A stretch of 64,000 nucleotides of DNA from Antechinus flavipes (taxonomy: Eukaryota), in the NCBI RefSeq assembly GCF_016432865.1, contig NC_067399.1, positions 89,900,001 through 89,964,000 on the forward strand, written 5' to 3'. The notes beneath the pieces are model-generated. The model made no database searches and was not told the origin of the DNA. It saw only the letters and a list, made by a program, of their open reading frames with translations. Each line of letters begins with the position of its first letter. The stretch's first letter is position 1. Position numbers and translations under genes: made by a program. Positions 12,334-25,679 of the stretch are shown in pieces.

Positions 12334-15300
12334 NNNNNNNNNNNNNNNNNNNNNNNNNNNNNNNNNNNNNNNNNNNNNNNNNNNNNNNNNNNNNNNNNNN
12401 NNNNNNNNNNNNNNNNNNNNNNNNNNNNNNNNNNNNNNNNNNNNNNNNNNNNNNNNNNNNNNNNNNNNNNNNNNNNNNNNNNNNNNNNNNNNNNNNNNNN
12501 NNNNNNNNNNNNNNNNNNNNNNNNNNAGATGTATAAGAAATCACTACATCAGACTAAAGCATCATAAACTGACCATTTGTCCTTTGGACACAATAGTTTG
12601 CCCAGCCCTCTGNNNNNNNNNNNNNNNNNNNNNNNNNNNNNNNNNNNNNNNNNNNNNNNNNNNNNNNNNNNNNNNNNNNNNNNNNNNNNNNNNNNNNNNN
12701 NNNNNNNNNNNNNNNNNNNNNNNNNNNNNNNNNNNNNNNNNNNNNNNNNNNNNNNNNNNNTCTAACTGCTGCTAGTCTGCAGGCCACTTTAAAAACAGGT
12801 CCTTCCCAGAAAAAATTCTAAGCAAATGACTGATAAACTGGATTGCATATATGGGATTAAAAAAAAAATCAGTCTTATAATTATCTTATTTAAACTAAGC
12901 ATATGTTGTTATTTGAAGTACTTCCAGGGTATAGTAAACATTACATGGGTGCTACCCAGGACAAAAAGAGAAACACTTTTCTGCAGGGAATCTGAGCATA
13001 TTCTTTCCCGGTGCTTCATCAAAATGGTTTAAATGCTTTTGTAGAAATCCAGATGTTTATCTGTAAAGGATCATCTGTGCACACTTAGCAGTAATGCCAT
13101 TAGCAGGTTATCTCTCTCTGCATCCTCATTCAATACTAGGGGCAAAATAATGGATATTTAATTTAAAGACCTTTTTTAAAAAAATTAAAGAAAAGGAAAA
13201 ATTTGATGAAGATCCTTTAGCACGTTAAACAAACTTGGCTGTCATTAAAAAAAAACACTCACTTCTAAAAGTCTTCCTCTGTTCATATCTATCATCAAAC
13301 AAATTTTTCACCACCATCAGTTTGCATGTCCTTATATTCACCACTTTTTCTGCTCCATTAGAACACCTAGNNNNNNNNNNNNNNNNNNNNNNNNNNNNNN
13401 NNNNNNNNNNNNNNNNNNNNNNNNNNNNNNNNNNNNNNNNNNNNNNNNNNNNNNNNNNNNNNNNNNNNNNNNNNNNNNNNNNNNNNNNNNNNNNNNNNNN
13501 NNNNNNNNNNNNNNNNNNNNNNNNNNNNNNNNNNNNNNNNNNNNNNNNNNNNNNNNNNNNNNNNNNNNNNNNNNNNNNNNNNNNNNNNNNGGATTGTATG
13601 GGTTGCATACTGGCTGAATATTTTCTTGTTTAAAAATCAGAAACATTTGGGATGTTTTAAATAACGGTACAAATTGTTGTCCTTCTCTTTTTTTTTTATA
13701 TTGGGGGAAAAAAAGCAGAGAATTTTTCCCCACCAAGGCGGTTACAAAATCTGAAACAAAGAAAACCCCATCTCAACACTGACACCCCAGACTGCCCGTT
13801 CTTTCTTTTGAGTGTGTGATAAATACAAATATGCGCCTATATTCACACATACACAACAGAATAATTAGGCTGTCTCATGAAAATACATAAATGGACAAGA
13901 ATTACATTTTCATTTGGTGTTTAGGGTAAAGAAATGTCGGTATTTCTTTCGCTGAGAAGAAAATGTATTTTTTTAAATGAATTGCTAAGATTTAGTTTCT
14001 GCTTTGGGTGTAATGTTACCAGATCCTGGTAAAAGATTGTGACTTAAAAACATTCAAAGAGAAACCTATGATATTCCATACTTACAAATACACACAGTAC
14101 AGGGGCCTGCTTATTGAATAAAAACATAGAAATTGTTGACTATAAAAAGTTAATGATTCCTTAGTTATTCTTTCTATTTAAAAAAAAAAAAACCTTTTCC
14201 TGGAAATAATCCTACTTTTTAGATTTCTTAGAGGTTATATAGGAGACTGACATTGTATACTGTGGTTGTATTCAAAATGTGATCAAGATCTAGAAAGACA
14301 TATCAAATGTTAACAGAATGCTGATCATGGGGTCAAAAATCCTTTGGCATTAAAAATTTCCATGTTGATATATCTGTTGTTTTCTGATTAAAAAATATTT
14401 TTACATATTGATGTTAGACCTCCATAACTGCCATTAAAACGTATGATCCATTTCATTACACAAGCAACTCTTTCAAAAGGAAGTCTTCTATCTGATTAGA
14501 AACTCACAAGTATTATGTCACTATATATTTTTCCTAGCTTCTGAAAAAGCTATACCACATTTAGGATAAAACTTAAATTCCTAGGGCACCTCTGTCAGAC
14601 TAAGTTAATTTTGTCAATGCAAAATTTTTTTTCTGATATTACCCGTAGTGGTTTATCATGTGATGCTCTGAAAAGCCAATTCGAGTTAGTTATGAAAAAT
14701 ATATTTTATTTTAGCACAAGACATATGATGTGAATTGGGATATAAGTGCTAGAAAAGGCTACCTAAGAGGTTGATGCTATTTTGTATAAATCGTGTATTT
14801 TGTTGGCTTTTTGACTGAGCATGAAAATGTAACTTCCATTAGGGAAGGGTAATTTAGTTGCTTGGTATTCAGCAGAAAACTTGTCGGGGCCATAAAAGCT
14901 TTTCTGGCTGGTTCCTCGGGTGTTTTCAGAGAAGAGCTGCCCACCCCTTGCTGTTTTTCCCTTTGGCTTCAGTATGGGCCGAATTTGCCACTACATACCT
15001 GTTGAATCAATTTTGGGGATCCAGCAGTTAACTGAATGAATAGAAGGATTAGTGGCCCTCCAGAGCCCTATTTCAACAGCCAGGTGTCTGTCCTAACTAG
15101 TTAACTGCTTTTGACAGTTGAAGAACCTGGTTTTAATGCTATAGGCAATGGGGTTTGTTTCCCCTCCCCCTAAACACCTCCCCACACATACACACCTCCA
15201 GGAGCTGAATGGAACATACCTTTTCCTAATAGTTTGGTTTTTTTTTTTTTTTTTTTTTTAAGGAATTGACCATCCTTTTCCCACCTACCCCCACCTCCAC

Positions 15301-17550
15301 CTAGGATGCCATTGTGCTTAGTCAGCACTTGACTTGTAGCCGACCATAACACAGTACTGTGTCAGTCTTGGCCATTTTCCTAGAAAAGGCTTTGGAACGA
15401 AAGGTTGGGAGGTTATGATAAGGAGAAAATCGAAGTGTAAAAATGGCCCTCCATACTGGGGGAGGAAAAGCTGTTTAGACTACTGAGACTTGTCTCTAGT
15501 CTGCAAACCACAAGTGCCCCTCGGAGGTTAGGATCTCCTGGGTCCTGGCCGTATGAATTATGTAGAGCAAGTTAATCCCCCTTTGAGGAAAACTTAATTT
15601 GGAATCCAAAACTGTTTTTCCTCTAAGGAGTGAATTTCAATGTAAGGCAAAAGCTATTTAATTTTTTTAATAAAGCAGGACATTCAAAATCTTCGGGCAA
15701 TTTTTGGAAGCTAAATACCATTTGTTTTTCACAAATTTCTCTTCACTTAGGTGACTGGCATTGGCTATGGGGATCAATGTGGTCTCTGCCTTGGAAGTCT
15801 GTGTACTTGGGGGTGTGCTTGGAGAGGCTTGGTTCTGTCCTTTCTTCCTCCTGACTTTTCAATTAATACACTTTCTAATAGATTAAACAGATCATACTGT
15901 GACTTTTAAAATGTCAACAAGCTAGTAAACAGAAATATAATAAAATGGCTAATGGGAGATTCAGTAGTTAATAGAGACCCTGAAGTANNNNNNNNNNNNN
16001 NNNNNNNNNNNNNNNNNNNNNNNNNNNNNNNNNNNNNNNNNNNNNNNNNNNNNNNNNNNNNNNNNNNNNNNNNNNNNNNNNNNNNNNNNNNNNNNNNNNN
16101 NNNNNNNNNNNNNNNNNNNNNNNNNNNNNNNNNNGTAATTTGTGCAGCCATTTCAACAGTTTTGTTAGAGCGGATCTCCTGTTGTTAAACACAAACAGCA
16201 GATGATAATGGTGGAAGATGAGTTTGTCATGTAACAATTTACCTTATANNNNNNNNNNNNNNNNNNNNNNNNNNNNNNNNNNNNNNNNNNNNNNNNNNNN
16301 NNNNNNNNNNNNNNNNNNNNNNNNNNNNNNNNNNNNNNNNNNNNNNNNNNNNNNNNNNNNNNNNNNNNNNNNNNNNNNNNNNNNNNNNNNNNNNNNNNNN
16401 NNNNNNNNNNNNNNNNNNNNNNNNNNNNNNNNNNNNNNNNNNNNCTTTCCCAGCTACAGTTTATATCAGAGCAGTAAAGTAGCCTTGTATTCAAACACTT
16501 TCTAAACTACACAAAGCAGGTTAGAAAATCGAAGCCTAATTAAATAATATACTTGCATATAAATTTGCACTGAAGGTAGATGTAGGGAAAATAAGAATCA
16601 CCGTTCTTCTACTAGACAGGTTTAGTCCACATAAGACCTTAAAAGATCTCTCTCATTTTCTCTTGGGAGGTTTAATTAATCACTTTTTTCCTCCTTCTGG
16701 GGAATGTTTTTAATGGGCAAGTGAAAACAGTCCCATTCATTGGAACCTGACGAGAATAAGATGCTAATTTCAATGAACTCTCATCAAATGCATATTGCCC
16801 AAGCCAGAAGCCTGGGAACTTTTTTTTTTTTTAATCAAATGCAATGGCAAAGAATATTTGCATTAAAATATTACACTAACCAAGGCTGGTAAGAACTGTA
16901 AATTATCAGAGTGCCATAAACGAGCATGAGATTTTTTTTCTTTTTCTTTTTTTCTTTTTCTTTTTTTTTTTTGTAGACAGGCCTTCGGGGTAATAACAAG
17001 GGTTGAGGCTCAATAAGGTTTAGACAGCATAATAGTCTACAAAGAAANNNNNNNNNNNNNNNNNNNNNNNNNNNNNNNNNNNNNNNNNNNNNNNNNNNNN
17101 NNNNNNNNNNNNNNNNNNNNNNNNNNNNNNNNNNNNNNNNNNNNNNNNNNNNNNNNNNNNNNNNNNNNNNNNNNNNNNNNNNNNNNNNNNNNNNNNNNNN
17201 NNNNNNNNNNNNNNNNNNNNNNNNNNNNNNNNNNNNNNNNNNNNNNNNNNNNNNNNNNNNNNNNNNNNNNNNNNNNNNNNNNNNNNNNNNNNNNNNNNNN
17301 NNNNNNNNNNNNNNNNNNNNNNNNNNNNNNNNNNNNNNNNNNNNNNNNNNNNNNNNNNNNNNNNNNNNNNNNNNNNNNNNNNNNNNNNNNNNNNNNNNNN
17401 NNNNNNNNNNNNNNNNNNNNNNNNNNNNNNNNNNNNNNNNNNNNNNNNNNNNNNNNNNNNNNNNNNNNNNNNNNNNNNNNNNNNNNNNNNNNNNNNNNNN
17501 NNNNNNNNNNNNNNNNNNNNNNNNNNNNNNNNNNNNNNNNNNNNNNNNNG
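12334..17550. other. Cluster of six N-runs: 12334-12526, 12613-12760, 13371-13590, 15988-16134, 16249-16444, 17048-17550
   Basis: Directly visible; lengths 193, 148, 220, 147, 196 and 503 nt, with internal islands of 86 and 114 nt. Confidence 0.99.
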
Positions 17551-17699
17551 CAACTCTCCCAGTGCTGCATAGAGAAAAGCTTTCATTGTTCCTAAGGTGC
17601 TTATTTGTGACCTTTTCTCTGCTTCTGATTCCCTCTAACATGTTCTCAGTGAAATCCTCGGGGTGGAACCAAGACAGTTGTTGAAGTTGTTACAAGCTA

Positions 17700-18055
17700 T
17701 GGGGGGGAGGGGGGGAAGGAAAGAATTGGAGGATGGGGAAGAAGAGAGAGAGAGAGGGAAGGAGAAAAAGAAGGGGAGAGGGAGGGAGGAGGAAGAAGAA
17801 GAGAGAGGAAAGGGAAAAAAGAGAGAAAGAGAGAAGGGGTTGGAGGGAAAGAAAAGAAGGGAGAGAGGGCAGGAGAAGAGAGACAATGAGGGGGGAGAAA
17901 GAGGAAGAGAGAGGGCCAGAGGGAGGGAAAGGGGAATGGGGGGAAGAGAGGGAGGGAAAGAGAGGCAAAGGGAAGGAGAGAGAAAAAGAGAGGCAGGGAG
18001 AATGAGGAAAACTGAGGAGAAAAGGAGAGGGAGAGAAAGAGGAAGAGAAGGAGAC
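17700..18055 (+). repeat. Polypurine (GA-rich) low-complexity tract, ~350 nt
   Basis: Almost exclusively G and A; accounts for the spurious E/R/G/K-rich and S/L/P/F-rich ORFs. Confidence 0.95.
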
Positions 18056-18670
18056 TTAAATATTTTAAAGAAATACATGCACAAAAAGGAACTAGCTCCG
18101 CCTATTTCAACGCCTAACCAGCAGTGACATCAGCAGCCACCCGAAGAACAGAATGCATTCACAATGAGCCCTCCGTGTAAATTGAACACTACACATAAAG
18201 ATTTCATGATTCAAATTACACTTTCATTAACCTTTCACACGGGAAGTCTTTTAGTTTCTATAAATCTTCCAGTGACTTACCATCTGTCCTGCTGGTGTGA
18301 ATAATAGATGTTTGGGGAATCACTAGTATAAACCCAGAGTATTTAATTTACAAGGACAAAATACATTTTTCAGAGCCACTTAGAAGGGACTTTAATTACT
18401 TCTTGTCACCTTTTCAAACTTGCTGGGTGGTGTTGTTGATTTTGGGTTGCTGTGATGGTGATGATGGTGTTTTTTACCCAGAATTCTCTGGAGTTGACTC
18501 AGATGTTTGGGCCTTGGTAAAAGCTTTAAATGTCTAAGACCCTGCCTTAATACTTTTATTAGTCTTTCTTTTAAGCCAGGTAATATCCTAGGAGATAGCT
18601 AGTTGAATGTCTCAGGTGTGGACCATTACACAATTAAATTACCAAACCTCAGAAGGGATTAGATTAGGGC

Positions 18671-18684
18671 CCAGCAGGGAGCAG
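18671..18684 (+). promoter_or_regulatory. Possible CTCF motif
   Basis: ccagcagggagcag matches CCASYAGRKGGCRS with one mismatch. Motif match only. Confidence 0.25.
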
Positions 18685-20839
18685 CTGGGAATTCTTGGGT
18701 AGAGAGAGGATTTTTAAGTAGCAGGGGCCTCTTTACATGAATAGCATCTTCCTGCTTTGGAGGTTATCACAAACTTGTTTCTCCAGATGAAGCATTTTTC
18801 CTAGGAATGGGATGTCATAGTACTGAAAACCATTTTTCAATACTCTAAGCCAATAAAAAAATGAATAAGAAGGAAGATTCAAGGCTTTTCTCATACAAAG
18901 ATATGGATCTGTTCAAATATCAGCCCATGAGCAAGGATGAACAACCCTATTTCAGAACAGTTGTCTTGGTGCAGTAGGTGAGGTCAATTTGAAGAATTTC
19001 CGCTCCCCCAACAAAAGGAGTGTTTGAGAACTCCATATAGAAGTTACCTCAGTTGTCTTGGTGACATTAAGGAGAAGGATCCATGGAGATAATGCTTCAT
19101 TTCCAAAGGAAGTCTTTCCACATCAACATTATTGCCAGATCAAATAATAACTCATTAACAAGGCCATCTTTGACAACATACTATTTTTCACAGGCTATTC
19201 TCATAAACAGCTATTATCATTCAAAAATTCCTTTACTCTTTCTTCAACATCATTCTCTACCTATACCTCTTTCAAGGAAAAGGGGAAGGAGACACATGAT
19301 CAAGGGCAGAATTTTCCTCCAGTCCCCTTTAAATTCTTTTTTTCTTCAATTTCTTTTATTTCACTTTACCTCTACACTCTTTCTGTTGACCTCAATTAAG
19401 TAGTCCTCAATTAGTCATCTTGCATTGCTCACCCTCCTAGCATTCCTCAAGAGAGCTACCCTTCTAGAATCTGAGCCCTTTCCAACAGAGCAACCAACCC
19501 CAGCTCACTCTGCCTTGGAAATCAAGGAACGCCTGATGAATGAATGAAAGGCTAGGAGGTTTTTAATTGTCTAATACTAGGAAAAAAGCCTTGTGGCAGG
19601 AATCCTCTCATTCTGCTTTGCTTCTCCCTGGCTACATCCTCTTAGCCTTTATCTTCTCATGATTCCTTGTTTTCATTAAAGGAAAACCCTGGACTGGCTC
19701 ATCTTTCCTCATTCGCACTATAATAAATCTCACCGTTCTAGCTCTGTGACTGACAAACAACTGGCTAAGTAGTCTGAGGGTGTTCCTATTCTGGATGGAA
19801 ATCTATTCAACTCTATATGACATCAGATCTTTGGCTTTCCTGTGTTTATTTAGGCTGTGGAACTTGCCAGTCAATGAAATGTAAAAGTTCTTCATAATAC
19901 TTCAGTCAAGGTCAGTGAGCAAGCCCATCCTATCCCAGTCTTGTTTTACAAACATGCAAATAAGCCAGAGTCCTAGTATCTCCTTGGAACTTGGAAGAAG
20001 GTCACCAGGCTGTTTCTAACTTAGGATGGTTGCATTTAAAAGCTTTAACCAAATGACCCTTGTTTCCACCTTCAAGTGCATTATACTTCCTTTTTTATTT
20101 TTTCTTCTCCACTGCCTTCATTTTCAAAAGTGGAGGTCACAGCCTCCATCTGTTTACATTTAAATGGAAGGCTCTCATCTTATTTCTTCTTGGTCAACAG
20201 TGACCAAATTAATTTTGTGAGAGCACCCTGAGGTCCAGAGGGAGTGAGACAAAGAAGAAGAGAGGGAAGAGAGCATCCTATAAGTTCTTTGGTTTTCTGA
20301 GACCTTTCTCCCTCAATGATACTTGTTCTTGATTCACCTTCATCAAGTGTGAGTGGGATCCAATGTGGAAAAAATCAGTCTGTGACAAATGCAAATGAAA
20401 TCACTGTGTTTGGTTTGACTACCTCATTAATCTGAAGTTCTCCATTCTCTTTTGCTTTCAAAAAATCATTTTAGGATGAAAGCTTTTGAGATTAGAGAGC
20501 ACATTAATGTCCTCTAATTGCAACTCCAGCCATCTATCATGTAAACAGGACTACCCAAGCATCTTGCCATATTCCCTATCACACCCTTCTCCCTACCTGC
20601 AACAGCAGACCTCTTTCCACCATTCCCCCTAAGTCTGGGGTTGGGGCGGAAATCCACTCAGCTCCAAGGTTCTCCTGAACTGTCTTGATTTGTGAGCAAG
20701 TGAAATCGTACATATCTCACTAATATCTAGCTGGCTAAGAGCAATGGAAATCAGTGGGAACATGGCAGGGGAGGACTGTGACAGCAGGAAGATAGCAAGA
20801 TATAGGGTAAGTTCTAGTTTTCTAGACAATGGCATACGG

Positions 20840-20960
20840 GACATTTAGAAGTGACTTGCCCAATATTACATAGCCAATATCAATCAAAGATACAATTTGA
20901 AGCCATGGTTTTCCTGGCTTCAAAGCTAGTTCTTTATCCACTACATCATACTGCCTCTCA
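20840..20960 (-). mobile_element. CORE-SINE (MIR/MAR1) 5' part
   Basis: aagtgacttgccca...tttgaagccatggttttcctggcttcaaag...tccactacatcatactgcctc. Confidence 0.75.
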
Positions 20961-21532
20961 TAGTAGATACACAATAGATATTTAAATAATACTTTTCCAT
21001 ACATTCATTTTTCAATTGAGAATACTAAGGGAAGATCAAAGTTATACAGGCAATGGTATAGCTGGGATTTGAACCTCATTGTCTTTGACTTTCAAATCTA
21101 ACTCTATAGGCTTATTGCTGTTTCTCCCCTGAGCTCCCTTTCTTCTCTCTTCCTTCCCATGTTAGTTTGAATATTTGACCATGACACTGAAAGGTTTCAT
21201 GTGGTTTTACATTTAATAGGTTATTCTTTAAGACTTTTAGTGGCTTTTTAATACCAATCTGCAAAGGGAAGGAAAAGGAATTGTGAGGTCTTTGGTATTA
21301 TTACCTTTTAATCACCATTTAAAGGTGTAGGATGAATACCAGTGGAAAGAACATAAGATCAAGTGGGATGTGGTAGAAAGGCCCCATATTCTAGTGTTTG
21401 TTCTATTATTAACCAGGTATATGACCTCCAAGCCTGGGTTTCCTTATCTTTAAGATAATTATATTTCACAAGGATATTTTATGAATCAAATGAGAGTGTT
21501 TATAAATTTTTATGCCATAAAACATTTGATTT

Positions 21533-21740
21533 TTGTTGTTGAATCATTTCAATAATGTCTTACTCTCTGTGACACCATTTGGGGTTTTCTTAGCTAAGAT
21601 ACTTAGAGTGGTTTGCCATTTCCTTCCATAGCTCATTTAACAGATGGAGAATTGAGGCAAAGAGTTAATTAAGTAACTTACCCAGGGCCACACAGCTAGT
21701 AAGTATCTGAATTTGGACCTGAACACAGGTCCTTTTGACA
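21533..21740 (-). mobile_element. MAR1 SINE
   Basis: ttgttgtt terminus, then gtgacaccatttggggttttctt...gagtggtttgccatttccttcc (RTE-related MAR1 tail) joined to the CORE acccagggccacacagctagtaagt. Confidence 0.85.
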
Positions 21741-22199
21741 TAATGGTGGTGTTATCTTGCTGTTTTTTAGACCAGGTTTTATTTTACTTCTTCATATTCT
21801 GATATCATAAAGTAGTTGATGGTCAGGCAGGAATATTCTTAGAAGATTTAGTACTAACCCTTTTACCATGTTGTTCCATGGGGCACAATGACAATTTGAA
21901 AAAGATCCCTCTTGGAAATCCTTAGTGGTTGATAAAACAGAGGCCAAAACCCAGTTTTTCACAGATTACAACTACTCTGGGAGGCTCACCAGAGGGATTA
22001 GCACCTCACAGAGAGCCTTAGTTATAGGCAAAATAAGTGGTCCCCTAGGTGACATAGGTTTGAAAGTCTGGAAATACCTATATACCTTCAAAAGAGGTAT
22101 ATACCTTCCCTGGTGGAGCTATTAGAGCTCTATATTTCTAGCTTAAGGTTTTCACTTGTGTAAAAATACCCATTTTATTGATTGTCATAGTAGATGCAT

Positions 22200-22410
22200 A
22201 TGGAAGGTTCAATTTCATGTCAAGGAGATGGGGGATAAGTCTTGCTTTTGACACTTGTTGGCTATGTAACCATGGGCAAATCATTTAACCCACTTGGCAC
22301 CCCAAGCAATTCCCTGAGACTATAAATTAGAAATTAATATAAAATCAGTAAATTGTTAACATACATTAGTATAGGGAACTTCCTCTGTATGTTTCCTCAC
22401 AGGTCCAGTT
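22200..22410 (+). mobile_element. Marsupial CORE-SINE (MdoRep1-like)
   Basis: tttgacacttgttggctatgtaaccatgggcaaatcatttaacc...gagactataaatt...tatagggaacttcct...cacaggtccagt. Confidence 0.6.
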
Positions 22411-23454
22411 CAAAAAGAAACAAATAACATCTTGGACAGTTAATCGTTTTCTATCTGCCCTCCCAACTCCCAATATTGGACTTCACCTTGGAACCACTCT
22501 CGCCTCAACCATTTAAAACAGAATCCCACTTTTTCCTTAGAGTCACTTTCCTTTCTAGCATTTCCATAACATGCCTTCCCTGTCTTTCCATTTCCCCTTT
22601 ATATATTGTCTTCACCCATTCAAATATAAAATCCTTCAGAGCAAAGACTTGTACGACTTACATGCACTTTTATTCTCGAAGCTTAGGACAATGCCTGACT
22701 CATAGGACTTACTATTACACTTTTGATCAACTAGACGGCTTGGTGGATAAAGTGCCACATGTGGAGTTCAGGAAGACCTGAGTTCAAATAAAATATAAAG
22801 GCACTGAGTACCATGTTCCTTAGGCAAAAAAGGGGGTAGAAAGGGAGGATATGGGAGAGAAAACTGAGACAATGTAGAAATAGAGATGGGGAAGAGAATT
22901 TGAAGAAAAACTTGGCCAATTCCATAGTTCTACAAAGGACCAGTTCTGACCTTCAATTATTTACGAAGAGTCAAAAATGGAATGCACCCTTGCTGAGCCA
23001 AGTCCATCTCTCTAAAAGGTGCTCTTGTGGGAAAGGAGTTTCAAGCCTTTCTTTAATTGTACTTGCTATGTTAAGGACACTTACTTAGTTTTCCTTCTTG
23101 GAGTCTTTCCTTCTCACTTTGTTAAGATCATAAGGACTACCAAGAAATGAGAAGGGAGAAAATGAAGATTTGAGGGTTTCTTGATACCATCTTTTATCTT
23201 TTCCCCTTCTTCCTCTTTCCATATCTGCATTTCAGAGTTGGTATTTTATAATATCTTTCTCTTTCAGATTAAAAATAAACCACTCTGCAGTTTCTCCAAC
23301 TAAAGTCAGCTTCTTCCAAGCAGAGAAAAGAAGCAGTGAAGGGGTTTATTTTCCAGTATCAAGGAGAGTAATTCTAATTTGTGTAAAGGGATGGAAAAAC
23401 CCTAATTTGAGAGCTGAAGATCAGGAAATTACAAAAAAAAAGTATGCTTCAAAA

Positions 23455-23660
23455 GACTGCTCAACAGACTATTGACTGATTTCTTCCTTTGAACTAATTC
23501 TATCATGAAAAGGGAGGGCCATCTCTAGTCATCCTGATTGATATCATGGCTCCAGAGGAGAAAGTGAGACTGGTGAGTTTGCAGAGCCCTCCCTCATTTA
23601 AATCCATTGCACTTGTATATCATGAAATCACTACCTTGCTGTCAAAGACAAACAACAATA
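23455..23660 (+). mobile_element. Marsupial RTE-related SINE fragment (WALLSI-like)
   Basis: gggccatctctagtcatcctgatt...ccagaggagaaagtgagactggtgagtttgcagagccctccctcatttaaatcc...aaagacaaacaacaa; resemblance from recall. Confidence 0.5.
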
Positions 23661-23769
23661 GGCCATGGAAGTCTATAGCCAGACTGGCCAGAGTGTTAGT
23701 TTCCTGGGAAAATTGAAAAGTTTTTGATCACAATAACCCCCAGTACTCATTATGATGCTTAGGGATCCA

Positions 23770-23985
23770 ACAACTCACATTTGTATTGACTCTTGAGGTT
23801 TGTAAAGCACTTTCCTCACAACAATTATGTGGAGCAGGAGAACTTTAACTCCATCCCCATTTTAGGGGGAAACCATGGCTCTGAGAGTTAAATGACTTGT
23901 CTTTCATCACATATCTAGTAAGTTCCTGCAGCAGGATATGAACTCAATTCTTCTGCTCTAAGGCCAGAGTTCTTTTTACTCTATT
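23770..23985 (-). mobile_element. MIR SINE
   Basis: tttgtaaagcactttcctcacaacaa...gagagttaaatgacttgtc...gatatgaactcaattcttctgctc. Confidence 0.75.
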
Positions 23986-25679
23986 GATCTACCTTTCAGA
24001 TAGAAGATACCAACCAATTTACCAGGATTTATAGGTCAACTTTCACAATAATGATAGGGAGTGAAGTGAGGGGGAAGAATGAAGACTAAAATTAAAATTA
24101 GAATTAAAAATGAAATGGGAAACAAGAAAAGTGGGAAAAAATGACCAATTAGCATTATTTGAGGAAGTAGATTCTTTTATGCTCCTGAAATGATACAGTG
24201 ACTAGCACATAGTAATCCTTTAATAAATGCTTGCTGACTGATTGACTATGTCACCACTAACTGATCAGAAACCACAGTCTAAGTAGTCAGGAGTCTGTTA
24301 GATGCACAAGTATGGGTTATATCTATAGAATCAATTAAAGATTGGCAACCGTCTGAGAGTTTCATGCCATATTTTCATTCATGCCCTGGTTTGAGTGAGA
24401 AGGGTAGCATATAGTGAGACATCAAGAACCTCCCTGCCCCCATCTTCACAGCCACAATCCAGGAATCCTGAAATTCCCAAATCTTAGGCTTCCAGCACTA
24501 AAGACATCTTGATTTTGGAGCTGCTGGTTATAAAGAAGGGGATACTAAGAAGACTGGCTTTCCTCCACTATTATCCTGGCCATCAGTTCACTAAAAGTCA
24601 TCCCACATACCATATTTGGTACATAGGCTAGAGTTGTCAACCCCTGGAACAAATGTTTGGAGATCATTTGGTCGGGAGCATCCGATCCTGCTGGGACAAC
24701 ACAGTGGGTAGCCTGCCCCTAAAGTAAGGAAAACCATGATCTGACTGGTTATACTGAAAATCTGGCAACACAAGGCACCCAACTCCAGTCAGGCCTGAAA
24801 TTCAAGGAGGCCTACATTCTCATTTTTTTACTCCCCTCCTGCTCAGCAAGGCTGAAACGATATGTTTGACAGAAAAATCAAATGTGTCTGTGTGATTCAC
24901 TCCCATACAGTGTAATTAGGCTGCTTCTGATAATTTCTACTGTTTGCAAAGACTACAGAAATTAAGGCAAACATAAAGGATAGGGAAATACAACAAGAAT
25001 ATAAATACACCAGGAGCAAATACACTCTTTGGGAGGGACAACACGCACATACTCACACACATGTACACGTATGTAAAAACTCTGAGGAAGCAAAAGACCT
25101 AGTTTAAAAACAGAGAAAATAACTATTCTCCATGATGAATTCAATTTCACAAATGTTTATTAAAATATATACTAAAATTTAGAGAAATAAATGATCTAAA
25201 ATTTTATTTCATTAAAAGAAATAATATGATCTATAATTGCCCAGTCATTTATGGAGACAGAAGGATGTGATTATTCATAATTCTATGTATTTAAAACTTC
25301 TAACTCTGGAAAGTTCACACATAAATTCATCTGAGGACTTCCTGTTACTTGCCTGGTTAACATATATGGGGGAAAATACCCAGAAAATTGCACATAAATT
25401 GTTTTCCCTATTACCCCACTAAAAGTTTGCATGCTATCTTGATACAACCTTTATTCGCATGAACACTGCCATTTACATTAACCTGAAGTTATGGATTTGA
25501 GCAAAGCATAGAAACAAAAACAATTAAGAGAATCTGACACTCGCTGCAACAGAATAATTCAACTAAGGTGGGTTTATGAGTTGGATACGTATTAATCTTT
25601 CTCTGTTGAATGAAGGGAAAAGGTTTAAAGGGTCAGAAAAGGAGGCTAAGAAAAGGCAAATTTAGATTTGAATCTGGAC

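Noticed and set aside
17635-18127. ORFs of 90-154 aa (E/R/G/K-rich and S/L/P/F-rich)
   Set aside because: They are translations of the polypurine tract on both strands, with no domain or splice context.
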